Origin: Spirochaetia bacterium
GTDB lineage: Bacteria; Spirochaetota; Spirochaetia; SZUA-6; Bin103
DNA: 64,000 bases
Assembly (NCBI GenBank): GCA_965203905.1
Contig: CBDBDQ010000005.1
Span: 5,440,001 to 5,504,000 of the forward strand
Direction: 5' to 3'
Shown one piece after another: positions 29,175-38,081 of this stretch. Both the position numbers and the translations under genes were made by a program. Every line of letters begins with the position of its first letter. The first letter of the stretch is position 1. The notes beneath the pieces were generated by a model. The model saw only the letters and a program-made list of their open reading frames with translations. It was not told the DNA's origin and did no database searches.

Positions 29175-31250
29175 ATGATGACCATGGGAAGACTGATGCG
29201 GCTGCCGGCCACTGCGGCGGCCTTGCTGGCGCTGGCGGCGGTGGCATTCGCCGGCGGTGCCGAGGAGGGCACGCAGGCGGCGGACGAGGCTGCCGGCGCC
29301 GCAATGGCCGCCGGCGCCGGCATGAGCTTCGACCACGAATGGGACTCGCTGCGCACGTTCGTGACGGTGTCCGAGTACACGCGCCAGACCGGCAACGCGG
29401 TCGGCGAGTACCACGAGGCGCCGGAGCTGGCGGCGCGGGTGGCGGACGGCTCGCTGGAGCCGGTCGGCGACCGGCTGCCCGATGATCCCGCGCTGGTGGT
29501 GCCCTACCACGAGATCGGCCAGTACGGCGGCACCGCCTTCATCGGCCGCATGAGCCGGTTGAACTGGTCCGACGCGCAGATGATCGGCATCAGCTACGAG
29601 CCGGTCACCCGGCTCGCCTCCGACCACCGCTCGGTGGTGTGCAACGTGTGCGAGTCGTGGCAGATGAGCGCTGATGCGCAGGCCGTGACCATCCGCCTGC
29701 GGCCCGGCATGCGCTGGTCCGACGGCGACGCCTTCGACGCCGACGACATCATGTTCTGGTACCAGGACGTGATGCTCAACGAGGAGTTGACGCCGAGACC
29801 GCCGCGCCGCTGGGCTCTGGGCGGCAGCTTCGTGCAGGTGGAAAAGGTGGACGACCACACCGTGACGCTGAACTTCGCGGCACCGTTTCCCAACTGGGCG
29901 CCGTCGATGGCTACCACCATGGGCGGCGACATGCTCCTGCCGCGCCACTACCTGGAGGGGTTTCACCCCGACTACACCGACCGCGCGAAGCTGGAGGCGC
30001 GCGCCAAGGAGGAGGGCTTCGAGGCGTGGACCCAGTACTTCGGCCAGACCAAGCAATCCTGGGCCACCATCGTGCCGCGCTACAACCCCGACCTGCCCAC
30101 CATCCTGCCGTTCTACCTCACCGAGTACTCCACCGACATCTCGCAGTGGCAGCGCAACCCCTACTACTGGAAGGTGGACCCGGCCGGCAATCAGCTCCCG
30201 TACATGGAACGCATCGTGGTCACCAACGTCGAGGACCTGGAGGTGTGGAACGGCAAGACCCTGGCCGGCGAGTACACCATGAGCGGCTTTCTCACCTCGG
30301 TGGAGGACTTCGCCCTGTTCAAGGAGAACGAGGAGACCGGTGACTACCGGGTGATCAACTGGCCCACGGCGTTCGCGGCCGCGGTCAACTACGAGCCCAA
30401 CCTCACCGCTCCCGACATGGACCTGCGGCCGATCTTCCAGGACGTGCGCTTCCGCCGCGCCCTGTCGCTGGCGATCAACCGTGACGAGATCAACCAGGTG
30501 GTGTTCTTCGGCCTCGGCGAGCCGGCGCAGATGACCCTGCTGCCTACCTCCAAGTACTACGAGGAGAGCTTCGCGCAGGCCTGGGCCGAGTACGACCCCG
30601 ACGCCGCCAACGCACTGCTGGACGAGATGGGTCTGGAGTGGGATGGGCGCAACGAGTACCGGCTGCTGCCGAACGGCAAGCGGCTTTCCTTCACCGTGGA
30701 GTACATCAACGTGGAGACTCCCAAGACGCGGGTCTCCGAGCTGGTGGCCGAGCACTGGGCGGCGATCGGCGTCGAGGCGATCCTCAAGGAGGAGGGGCGG
30801 CGGCTGGTCAACGAGCGCGTGGCCGCCAACCAGATCTCCTTCAGCCTGGCGCACGGCTTCGGCAGCAACGACCTGCACTTCGAGTCGGGGCGCATGCAGT
30901 GGTTCGTACCGTTCTCGGTCGGCTGGGCCAACCCGTGGGCGGTGGAGTGGGCGCGCTGGTATCAGACCGGCGGCGCCGAGGGAGAGGAGCCGCCTGCGGA
31001 GATCCAGGAGCTGCAGCGGCTGCGTGAGCAGTTCCTGATCGAGCCGGACGAGGTGGAACGGATCCGCATCGGCAAGCGGATTCTGCAGTCGCAGGCGGAC
31101 AACCTCTGGACCATCGGCACGGTGCGCCTGATTCCGCAGCCGCTGGTGATCAAGAACAGCGTCGGCAACTTTCCCGAGCGCGGGTTGTGGGGCTACAGCG
31201 TGATCTGGACCTTCCCGCACCACCCCGAGCAGTTCTACCTCAAGCAGTAG
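29175..31250 (+). CDS. ABC transporter family-5 (Opp/Dpp-like) substrate-binding protein, probably carbohydrate-binding subgroup
   Basis: Signal ending AFAGG; RLPDDP, IGQYGG, WSDG..F.ADD, RNPYYWKVDPAGNQLPY, RFRRALSLAINR. Confidence 0.9.
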   Translation: MMTMGRLMRLPATAAALLALAAVAFAGGAEEGTQAADEAAGAAMAAGAGMSFDHEWDSLRTFVTVSEYTRQTGNAVGEYHEAPELAARVADGSLEPVGDRLPDDPALVVPYHEIGQYGGTAFIGRMSRLNWSDAQMIGISYEPVTRLASDHRSVVCNVCESWQMSADAQAVTIRLRPGMRWSDGDAFDADDIMFWYQDVMLNEELTPRPPRRWALGGSFVQVEKVDDHTVTLNFAAPFPNWAPSMATTMGGDMLLPRHYLEGFHPDYTDRAKLEARAKEEGFEAWTQYFGQTKQSWATIVPRYNPDLPTILPFYLTEYSTDISQWQRNPYYWKVDPAGNQLPYMERIVVTNVEDLEVWNGKTLAGEYTMSGFLTSVEDFALFKENEETGDYRVINWPTAFAAAVNYEPNLTAPDMDLRPIFQDVRFRRALSLAINRDEINQVVFFGLGEPAQMTLLPTSKYYEESFAQAWAEYDPDAANALLDEMGLEWDGRNEYRLLPNGKRLSFTVEYINVETPKTRVSELVAEHWAAIGVEAILKEEGRRLVNERVAANQISFSLAHGFGSNDLHFESGRMQWFVPFSVGWANPWAVEWARWYQTGGAEGEEPPAEIQELQRLREQFLIEPDEVERIRIGKRILQSQADNLWTIGTVRLIPQPLVIKNSVGNFPERGLWGYSVIWTFPHHPEQFYLKQ

Positions 31251-31325
31251 CGCTGCGGGGAGCGGCCCGCAGTTCCGGGCCGGCGCAAGCCGTCCGGGAC
31301 TGCCGGCGGGCGCGAAGCGAGAGCG

Positions 31326-32321
31326 ATGGGCGCATACGTCATCCGGCGGGTGATCTACGCCGTGATCACGCTGCTGGTGATCTCGGTGGTGGCGTACGTC
31401 ATCATCCAGCTCCCGCCGGGCGATTACCTCACCTCCTACATCATGCGCCTGGAGATGCAGGGCGGGGAGGTGACCGATGCCGAGGTGGAGACCCTGAAGC
31501 GCGAGTACGGCTTCGACCTGCCGCCGCACCTGCGCTATTTCAAGTGGATGGCCAACCTGCTGCGCGGCGACCTGGGCCGCTCCTTCTTCTACAACCGGCC
31601 GGTGCTGGAGCTGCTCGCCGAGCGCCTGCCGCTGAGCCTGCTGGTGTCGCTGCTGGCGCTGCTGTTCACCTACCTGGTGTCGATTCCGGTCGGCATCTAC
31701 TCCGCCACCCACCAGTACTCGCTGTGGGACTACACGCTGAGCTTCGTCGGCTTCGTCGGCCTGGCCACGCCCAACTTCATCCTGGCGTTGCTGCTGATGT
31801 TCTTCTTCTTCAAGACCTTCGGGCTCAGCATCGGCGGCCTGTTCTCACCCGAGTACCTGCTGGAGCCATGGAGCTGGGGCAAGTTCGTGGACCTGCTGAA
31901 GCACCTGCCGGTGCCGGTGATCGTGATCGGCACCGCCGGCACCGCGGGTCTGATCCGGGTGATGCGCGGACTGATGCTGGACGAGATGGCCAAACAGTAC
32001 GTGGTCACCGCCCGCGCCAAGGGGGTGGGGGAGCGGCGGCTGTTGTTCAAGTACCCGGTGCGGGTATCGCTGAACCCGATTGTCAGCACCATCGGCTGGA
32101 CCCTGCCGGCGATCGTGTCGGGGCAGACCATTACCGCCATCGTGCTGAGCCTGCCCACGGTGGGGCCGCTGCTGCTCGAAGCGCTGGTCAACGAGGACAT
32201 CATCCTGGCCGGCAGCGTGGTGATGATACTGAGCTTCCTGACCGTGCTCGGGACACTGCTGTCCGACCTGCTGCTGGTGGTGCTCGACCCGCGCATCCGC
32301 TTCGAGGGCGGCAGCCGCTGA
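31326..32321 (+). CDS. ABC permease, DppB-like
   Basis: IIQLPPGD, GDLGRSF, YVVTARAKG, LDPRIR. Confidence 0.92.
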   Translation: MGAYVIRRVIYAVITLLVISVVAYVIIQLPPGDYLTSYIMRLEMQGGEVTDAEVETLKREYGFDLPPHLRYFKWMANLLRGDLGRSFFYNRPVLELLAERLPLSLLVSLLALLFTYLVSIPVGIYSATHQYSLWDYTLSFVGFVGLATPNFILALLLMFFFFKTFGLSIGGLFSPEYLLEPWSWGKFVDLLKHLPVPVIVIGTAGTAGLIRVMRGLMLDEMAKQYVVTARAKGVGERRLLFKYPVRVSLNPIVSTIGWTLPAIVSGQTITAIVLSLPTVGPLLLEALVNEDIILAGSVVMILSFLTVLGTLLSDLLLVVLDPRIRFEGGSR

Positions 32322-32340
32322 TGCGCCGGATGCCGCGGTG

Positions 32341-33471
32341 ATGAGGCGCCGAGCCGCGGCCCGTGCCGGAACGGCCGCGCCCGCCGCGAGCGAGCGCTAC
32401 TACCTGGCCTCGCAGTGGCAGCTCGCCTGGCGCAAGCTGATCCGCCACCGGCTGGCGCTGGCCGGCGGCGGCGTGCTGCTGCTGCTGTACGTGGCGGCGC
32501 TGTTTGCCGGTTTCATCGCGCCCCACGGCCCGTTTACGCGCAACAACGACTTCATCAACGCGCCGCCGACCCCGCTGCGCTTCGTGTCGCAGGACGGGCT
32601 GCACCTGCGCCCGTTCGTGTACGCGGTGCGCGGCGAGGTGGACATGGAGTCGCTGCGCCGGCGCTACGCGGAGGACACCTCGCGCCGCTATCCGGTGTCC
32701 CTGTTCGTGCGCGGCGAGCCGTACCGGCTGTGGGGTCTGATCGAGACCGACCGCCACCTGTTCGGAGTGGCGGCGCCGGGCGTGATCTACCTGCTCGGCA
32801 CCGACGACCTGGGCCGCGACATGTTGGCCCGCGTGCTGCACGCCGGCCGCATCTCGCTCTCGATCGGCCTCCTCGGGGTGGCGTTCAGCTTCGTGCTGGG
32901 GCTGCTGTTCGGCGGCCTGTCGGGCTACTACGGCGGCGCCGCGGACCTGGTGATCCAGCGCGTGGTGGAGTTCCTGATCAGCATCCCGCAGATCCCGCTG
33001 TGGATGGCGCTGAGCGCCGCGCTGCCGGCCAACTGGCCGCCGCTGCGGGTCTACTTCGGCATCACCATCATCCTGTCGATCGTCGGCTGGACCGGGTTGG
33101 CGCGGGTGGTGCGCGGCAAGCTGCTGGAACTGCGCGAGAGCGACTTCGTGATGGCGGCGCGGGTCGCCGGCGCGCTGGACGGCGCCATCATCCGGCGCCA
33201 CCTGCTGCCGTCGTTCATGAGTTACCTGATCGTGAGCCTGACGCTGGCGGTGCCCGGCATGATCCTGGGCGAGACCGCGCTCAGCTTCCTCGGCCTCGGC
33301 CTGCGCCCGCCGGTGGTGAGCTGGGGCGTGCTGCTGCAGAAGGCGCAGAACCTGCGCACCGTGGCGCTGCACCCGTGGCTGCTGATTCCCGCCGGCTTCG
33401 TGGTCGTTACCGTGCTCGCCTTCAACTTCCTCGGCGACGGCCTGCGCGACGCCGCCGATCCTTACAAGTAG
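32341..33471 (+). CDS. ABC permease, DppC-like
   Basis: LGTDDLGRD, RHLLP, ETALSFLGLG, NFLGDGLRDAADP. Confidence 0.92.
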   Translation: MRRRAAARAGTAAPAASERYYLASQWQLAWRKLIRHRLALAGGGVLLLLYVAALFAGFIAPHGPFTRNNDFINAPPTPLRFVSQDGLHLRPFVYAVRGEVDMESLRRRYAEDTSRRYPVSLFVRGEPYRLWGLIETDRHLFGVAAPGVIYLLGTDDLGRDMLARVLHAGRISLSIGLLGVAFSFVLGLLFGGLSGYYGGAADLVIQRVVEFLISIPQIPLWMALSAALPANWPPLRVYFGITIILSIVGWTGLARVVRGKLLELRESDFVMAARVAGALDGAIIRRHLLPSFMSYLIVSLTLAVPGMILGETALSFLGLGLRPPVVSWGVLLQKAQNLRTVALHPWLLIPAGFVVVTVLAFNFLGDGLRDAADPYK

Positions 33472-33555
33472 CGGCTCGGACGCAAGCGCAGCAAGACGAG
33501 TTGGCTCCGGCGGCGACTCGTGTGCTATCCTCCCAAAGCCGACCGTGCACCGACT

Positions 33556-35172
33556 ATGGCAGCACCACTGACCGCAATTGGAAGCGGCCTGCCGGTGTCC
33601 ATCGAGGATCTGATCCATGCGCGCTCCGTCGGGGACAACCGGCGCGAGTTCAAGGCCGCCTGGAATCCGGCTACCAAGGCGGCCGTCGTCCGCTCGATCT
33701 GTGCATTCGCCAATGACCTGCTGAATCTGAACGGCGGATATGTGATTCTGGGCGTCGCGACCGATGCCCGAGGGAATCCCGTTCTCCCGCCGCGCGGCTT
33801 GGAGAATGCAAACGTAGACACCATTCAGCGAGAGATACTCGGACAGTGCAACCGGATCCATCCGCGCTATCATCCCGTGCTGTTTCCTGTTCGGAGCCGG
33901 TGTTTCCGGGGGCCACGATCGACGTCGTGCAGTTCGCGGATGGGGCCGGCGGCGATCTCATCGAGGAGAAGACGTTTCGGGGACCGCTGCACCACCAGGT
34001 CAGACAGACGCTGAGCTACCTGGACTCGCTCGGCAGCACGGTGATCGAGAAAGTGCCAGGCAGAGCGGAAGTAGACAGGACGGTGACCTATCCGCACGAG
34101 GCGATTCGGGAAGCGGTGGTGAACGCCGTCTATCATCGTTCCTACCAGGAGGTCGAACCGACCAAGATCTACCTGTACCCGGATCGAATGGAGGTCACCA
34201 GCTATCCCGGACCGGTGCGGGGAATCGATCTACACCATTTCGCGCGTAACGAATCGGTGCCCGCGGTGCCGGCGAGGAACCGGCGAATCGGAGGATTTCT
34301 GAAGGAACTCAAGCTCGCCGAGTCCAGGGGGACCGGTGTACCCAAGATCCGCCGCCACATGAGCGAGAGCGGGTCGCCGGAGCCGCGTTTCGACTTCGAT
34401 GAGGCGCGGACCTATTTCCGCGTGATTCTGCCCGTTCACCCACGCTATCGGGTGATCCACGCGCTGCGCGAGAGTGCGTTGTTGTGGGCCACCGGCAAGC
34501 GCCGTGAAGCGCTCAACCACCTGTTACGGGTGGCGCAGGATCAGCCCGGCTCCGGCGCCGTCACCGGGCAGCTCATCGAGTACGCCGGGGCGCTCGAAGA
34601 CCTTGGCCTGGCGCAGACCTGCCTGGAACGTTTCGAGTCGGCAGCGGATCGAACCGAGGGCTCGCTGCCTTATCTGCGCTATGCAGCGGTGCTGCTGAAC
34701 CGGGGACAGGACGACGAAGCGCGCAGGTGGCTGAGCCGAGTTCCCGTTACCAGCGGCTACGGTGATCTTCTCGAAGCCGCGCTCCTGAGCAAGCGAGCAC
34801 GAGATTACCGCGAGGCGCATCGACTGTTTCGACAGCATCTATCCCCGTGCCAACGATGACCCCAAGGTGGTGCAGGAATTCGCTCAGACCAAGCTCGCGC
34901 TGGCCCGCGCTCTGCGCCCGCGCGGGCGCGATCTGGCCACCAAGAAGACACTCAATCGACAAGCGGTCGAACTGCTGCGCCGCGCGATCCCTCTGACCGA
35001 TGATCCGACGCGCAAGGCATGGTGCTGGTTCGATCTGGCTCAAACGCTGGCCTGGCTGCGCGATCCGAAGAGCGACGTCGAGCACGCATACCTGCAGGCG
35101 ATGGCACTCAAGCCGGACGAAGACCGGTTTCAGGAGCGTTACGATGAGTGGCGCCACAGGATTGCAGAGTAA
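33556..35172 (+). pseudogene. AlbA_2 (Schlafen-like) - HATPase_c_4 - TPR-like protein in three fragments
   Basis: EFK...SICAFAN...GGYVILGV. The frame changes near 33890 with apparent loss of the middle region. Then AIREAVVNAVYHRSY and RNRRIG..LKEL..E.RGTG follow. An extra T at CTGTTTCGAC (about 34828) separates the last helical repeats. Confidence 0.8.
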
Positions 35173-35320
35173 GGTCGCTGTTCGCTCGCTGCAATGTCGT
35201 TTCTCCGTATAAAATAGGCGGGACCGTCCAACTCGTCCCGGAAGTGAAAGAAGCCATCTTCAAGCAGGTGACTTAGAGGACCAGTAACGGTATACCATTA
35301 ATAGACCAGGATGGCGTGGA

Positions 35321-36067
35321 TCACCGTTGGTTGCCCGCTACGTTTTTCATTTTATTCTTTCTCCTCAACTCCTTTCTTAGGAAGTAATTTTTTAGAATTC
35401 CTGTTCCGTTCAGGTTTTTTATTTCATCCAATATCGGCCCCATAGGAGCCGCTGAATCGGAGAAGCTTGCATAGTAAAGATGTGGGATTCCACGTTCACA
35501 GACAAACTCGAGGAGACTTACACTGTGATTCGCTAGCACTCGATCATAATTGGACGCGGACCGCAAATCTTGTCCGCTAGGACCATCCATCCGGTACATC
35601 GAAGGATTCGGATTAGGATGGTTGTGGAAAACAACGATGGTATCTGATCGGAATGTTCTGGTGGCATCGAGCAATGAACCCATCTCCAAGAAAGACGCCA
35701 CAGTATACCGGTCTGGCCCCTTGTTCCACCATAGCATTGAAGCTCTGAAAGACCGAACAAATGCTACTACTATCCACTCGTGCTTCTTGTACTTCAGTAA
35801 TCCTGCAACGCGAGCTGGAAGATCGGTGAATCTCACATCGCAGCCGATGAACTCACCTTCGCTACGCATTGCCTTCTTCTCTTCAGCGGTTGCTGGCTGC
35901 GGTACACTGGAGAAATGGAACTTTGATAGCGCGCGGCTCCGTTGACGCTTCCTCGACAACGTCTGAACCTCCTGACGGCTGAGTGGCTTGGAGTTTAGAG
36001 CTACGTCAATCACCCAAATCAAAAGAGCTATACCGACAGTGCCAAGAAAAAAGGATAGGGCATCCAT
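35321..36067 (-). CDS. AT-rich protein with N-terminal TM helix and JAB/MPN (RadC-like) metalloprotein motif
   Basis: KHEW...FHNHP...PSGQD fits the E-HxH-S-xx-D JAMM pattern; composition is markedly more AT-rich than the flanks. Confidence 0.6.
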   Translation of the reverse strand: MDALSFFLGTVGIALLIWVIDVALNSKPLSRQEVQTLSRKRQRSRALSKFHFSSVPQPATAEEKKAMRSEGEFIGCDVRFTDLPARVAGLLKYKKHEWIVVAFVRSFRASMLWWNKGPDRYTVASFLEMGSLLDATRTFRSDTIVVFHNHPNPNPSMYRMDGPSGQDLRSASNYDRVLANHSVSLLEFVCERGIPHLYYASFSDSAAPMGPILDEIKNLNGTGILKNYFLRKELRRKNKMKNVAGNQR

Positions 36068-36180
36068 GAAACGACTCCTGCGCCTATATTCGCTCCTTCA
36101 GTCTACCATACTCTGCGCCTGTCACTTGAGCGATAGCCAATTTGGCACGGAGGTGCGGTAACATCTCGCATGTGCTAAAC

Positions 36181-36470
36181 AACGGTAGCGGCATGCCGGG
36201 ACTCGAGCGGCGATGAATTCGACCACGTCGAGGGTAGTCGTCGCCATCTCGGCTACCTATCTTGCCGACATGGGCACTCAGGCTGCGCTTCCCGCATGTC
36301 ACGCGCTTCGGCGGTGACTCTCGGAGTGGTACGGGCCGGTGGCGCAGGACTGCTTCAACCTTGATCCGGTATACGGCGCCATCGCAGATTCATCCGACTG
36401 ATGTCGGACTGCCGCGGGTGAGTTCGCGATCACGATGGTGGCCCTGCCCGACATCAGTAGCTGGGCTAGC
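36181..36470 (+). pseudogene. Decayed relic of the 5' part of a GH13-like paralog
   Basis: Aligns by eye with 36697-36985 (shared GGGACTCGA, TCGAGGGTA, CGACATGGGCA, GGTGGCGCAGGACTG, GATCCGGT, GACTGCCGCG), with indels. Confidence 0.75.
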
Positions 36471-36646
36471 ACCTCTCGACCGTCACCTGTATCGTAGGGC
36501 TCCGTCATACGTCGGTTTCGTCGCCGGCCGGTTCGTCGCCAGATGGCGGATTTCTTGTGATCGATGCGCTGCATTCCACGAAGACGAACCCGCGGTGATC
36601 CCGCCCTTGCCTCAAGCCGCCCTTCGGGCAGAGTATCGATCCCGAC

Positions 36647-38005
36647 ATGGCTAAGCCGAAAGGGTGGTGGACCACCCATCCGACGATTCTCACGGTAACG
36701 GTGGCGGGGTGCTGGGACTCGAACGGCGACGGGATCGGCGACTTCGAGGGTATCCGCCGGCACCTCGACGAGCTCATCGACATGGGCATCACCGGGCTGC
36801 GTTTCCAACACGTGACCCGATTCGACGACGACTTCGAGTGGTTCGGGCTGGTGGCGCAGGACTGGTTCGACGTGGATCCGGTGTACGGCACCATGGCCGA
36901 CTTCGAGCGGCTGATGGCCGACTGCCGCGCCCGCGACTTCAAGATCATGGTGATGGCCGTGCCGGAGTACCTGGGCTGGCGCCACCCGGACTATCTGGCG
37001 GCGAAGGAGGCGCGTGCGGCCGGCGTCGACGATCCGCGCATCGGCTGGTTCGGCTGGGAGGATGACGGCAGCGTCACCCTGACCTGGAGCCGCCCCGGGC
37101 CCGACCTCGCCAATCCCTCCTACGTGGACGCCTACCTGAAACACGTGGCGTTCTGGATGGACAAGGGCATCGCCGGCTGGGACGTCGATGCGCCAACCAC
37201 CTGGCACCACTTCAACCTGGACGCGGTGCGTGCGCTCACCCGCTGCGTCAAGGCACGCGGCGGCTTCGTGACCAGCGAGAACCTGGCGCTGGAGCACGAC
37301 ATCATCCGCCAGGGCGGATTCAACGCCGGCACCGGCGTCCGCCGCATCCAGCTCTACCACGAGGTGCAGGCGATGCTGGACCGCGACGCGGATCACATCC
37401 GCCGCGGCATGGCGCGGCGGCGGCAGCTCATCGAGGCAGGCATGTTTCCGTACCAGCAGTTCGGCGACGACATGTACGAGCAGTACAGCGGCAAGAACCT
37501 GCCCTGGAAGGTGCAGATGTTCCGCCTGCAGGTGGCCTTCAACGCCGCGCTGCCCGACCAGGTGTGGGCGTTCGCCAACACCATCGCCTTTCCCACCGGG
37601 CCGCTGCAGCCCCTGCCCTCGCTGGATTGCGTGTGCTGGGGGCAGCTCGACCTGCCGGAGATCGAACGCCAGAAGGCCGAGCCGCACTCCCCATTCGGCT
37701 TCTTCACGCGCATGATGGCGTTGCGCGCGCGGGAAAAGGCGCTGGCGATCGGCGACATGCAGGAGCTGCCCACCGACCGCCGCCGGCCGGTATTCGCGGC
37801 GCTGCGCACCAGCGAGTATGGCACGGAGCGGGCGGTGACCGTGTTCAACTTCAGCGGCGAGCCGTGCCGGGTGCGAGTCACGTTGGGGGAGGGGATCGAT
37901 ACCCTGCGCAACTACCTCAGCGGCGAGGTGATCCGGCCTGTCGGCGGGACCTTGACGGTGGATCTCGGCCGGTTCGGCTTCAAGCTGTTCGCCGTGATCG
38001 ATTGA
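36647..38005 (+). CDS. Alpha-amylase family (GH13-like) glycosidase, divergent
   Basis: DSNGDGIGDFEGI, VDPVYGTMADF, GWDVDA, C-terminal VFNFS beta domain. Confidence 0.8.
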   Translation: MAKPKGWWTTHPTILTVTVAGCWDSNGDGIGDFEGIRRHLDELIDMGITGLRFQHVTRFDDDFEWFGLVAQDWFDVDPVYGTMADFERLMADCRARDFKIMVMAVPEYLGWRHPDYLAAKEARAAGVDDPRIGWFGWEDDGSVTLTWSRPGPDLANPSYVDAYLKHVAFWMDKGIAGWDVDAPTTWHHFNLDAVRALTRCVKARGGFVTSENLALEHDIIRQGGFNAGTGVRRIQLYHEVQAMLDRDADHIRRGMARRRQLIEAGMFPYQQFGDDMYEQYSGKNLPWKVQMFRLQVAFNAALPDQVWAFANTIAFPTGPLQPLPSLDCVCWGQLDLPEIERQKAEPHSPFGFFTRMMALRAREKALAIGDMQELPTDRRRPVFAALRTSEYGTERAVTVFNFSGEPCRVRVTLGEGIDTLRNYLSGEVIRPVGGTLTVDLGRFGFKLFAVID

Positions 38006-38081
38006 CCGATAACGACGGAGTCTGAGCAGCTATCATGATGCTGGACGAACATAATGTTGTTCCGGCATAATACTTCGTGAA

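Noticed and set aside
36143-36158. Third sigma54 promoter (TGGCACGGAGGTGC)
   Set aside because: GG-to-GC spacing is 9 nt rather than the obligatory 10, and there is no TTGC
36181-36470. Possible diversity-generating retroelement TR/VR pair with the GH13 gene
   Set aside because: Mismatches are not adenine-specific, indels are present, the match is to the gene's 5' end, and there is no reverse transcriptase in the window
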